Shown piece after piece: positions 63,846 to 64,000 of a stretch of 64,000 bases of DNA; position 1 is the first letter of the stretch; each line of letters opens with the position of its first letter. Origin of the DNA: an uncultured Candidatus Saccharibacteria bacterium (GTDB lineage Bacteria; Patescibacteriota; Minisyncoccia; Phycocordibacterales; UBA2100). A program made the position numbers and the translations under genes. Below the pieces are notes generated by a model, which worked only from the letters and a program-made list of their open reading frames with translations, was not told the origin of the DNA and did no database searches. The stretch spans positions 56,839 to 120,838 of the forward strand of contig CAZZHR010000003.1 in assembly GCA_964654205.1 (NCBI GenBank). Reading direction: 5' to 3'.

Positions 63846-64000
63846 ATGTCGGATTACCACATCGCACTTCCTTCAAAACCCCGCGTCGTTTCTGAAAGCG
63901 AACGCAGCGGTACCTACGAGATAGACGGGCTCTACCCGGGTTATGGGTTCACGCTCGGCAACAGTCTTCGCCGCATCATTCTCTCCTCGCTCCCGGGCGC
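63846..64000 (+). CDS. rpoA: DNA-directed RNA polymerase alpha subunit (5' partial, truncated by the window end)
   Basis: …[20 protein letters not shown]… matches the alpha NTD; continues beyond the window. Confidence 0.8.
   Translation, partial: MSDYHIALPSKPRVVSESERSGTYEIDGLYPGYGFTLGNSLRRIILSSLPG

Overview
This is a gene-dense bacterial chromosomal segment of roughly 57% GC, with most genes on the + strand; most genes are housekeeping. Identified housekeeping genes are purF, an M29 aminopeptidase, folB, pyrB, carA/carB, lysS, tyrS, a short-form alaS, uvrA, uvrB, a short uvrC, murB, ddl, tgt, mnmA, dnaB, recR, rmuC, mltG, rplU, tRNA-Ala(UGC) and the infA-rpmJ-rpsM-rpsK-rpsD-rpoA block. Two metal-homeostasis modules are present: a copper module (His-rich exported protein, YcnI-like protein, CopC-CopD/YcnJ-like fusion) and a zinc module (Fur-family regulator, ZIP transporter, YibE/F). 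The gene repertoire suggests a small-genome lineage, possibly Patescibacteria-like (low confidence). Supporting traits are AlaS without a C-terminal domain, a short UvrC, a standalone RRM protein, DUF1025, sigma-r4+HARE-HTH, YqeY, and many genes with a TATAnT box 8-10 nt before the ATG and no SD. De novo nucleotide biosynthesis genes are nonetheless present. Accessory or unusual content: an IS200/RAYT-like HUH tyrosine transposase flanked and interrupted by three copies of a 21-25 nt perfect palindrome (REP-like); a GC-rich solitary DGQHR (DndB-like) gene with its own SD and terminator next to several nuclease-like genes; a Fur/Zur-divergent operon of a CooC/MinD-type ATPase plus a Cys/His small protein plus a tiny membrane protein; a recurrent 24-nt inverted motif overlapping -10 boxes of three genes; a 36-nt perfect palindrome in a divergent promoter region; and a 197-nt highly structured spacer (with an ORF that fills it exactly) inserted between rpsM and rpsK. 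No CRISPR array or rRNA was seen.
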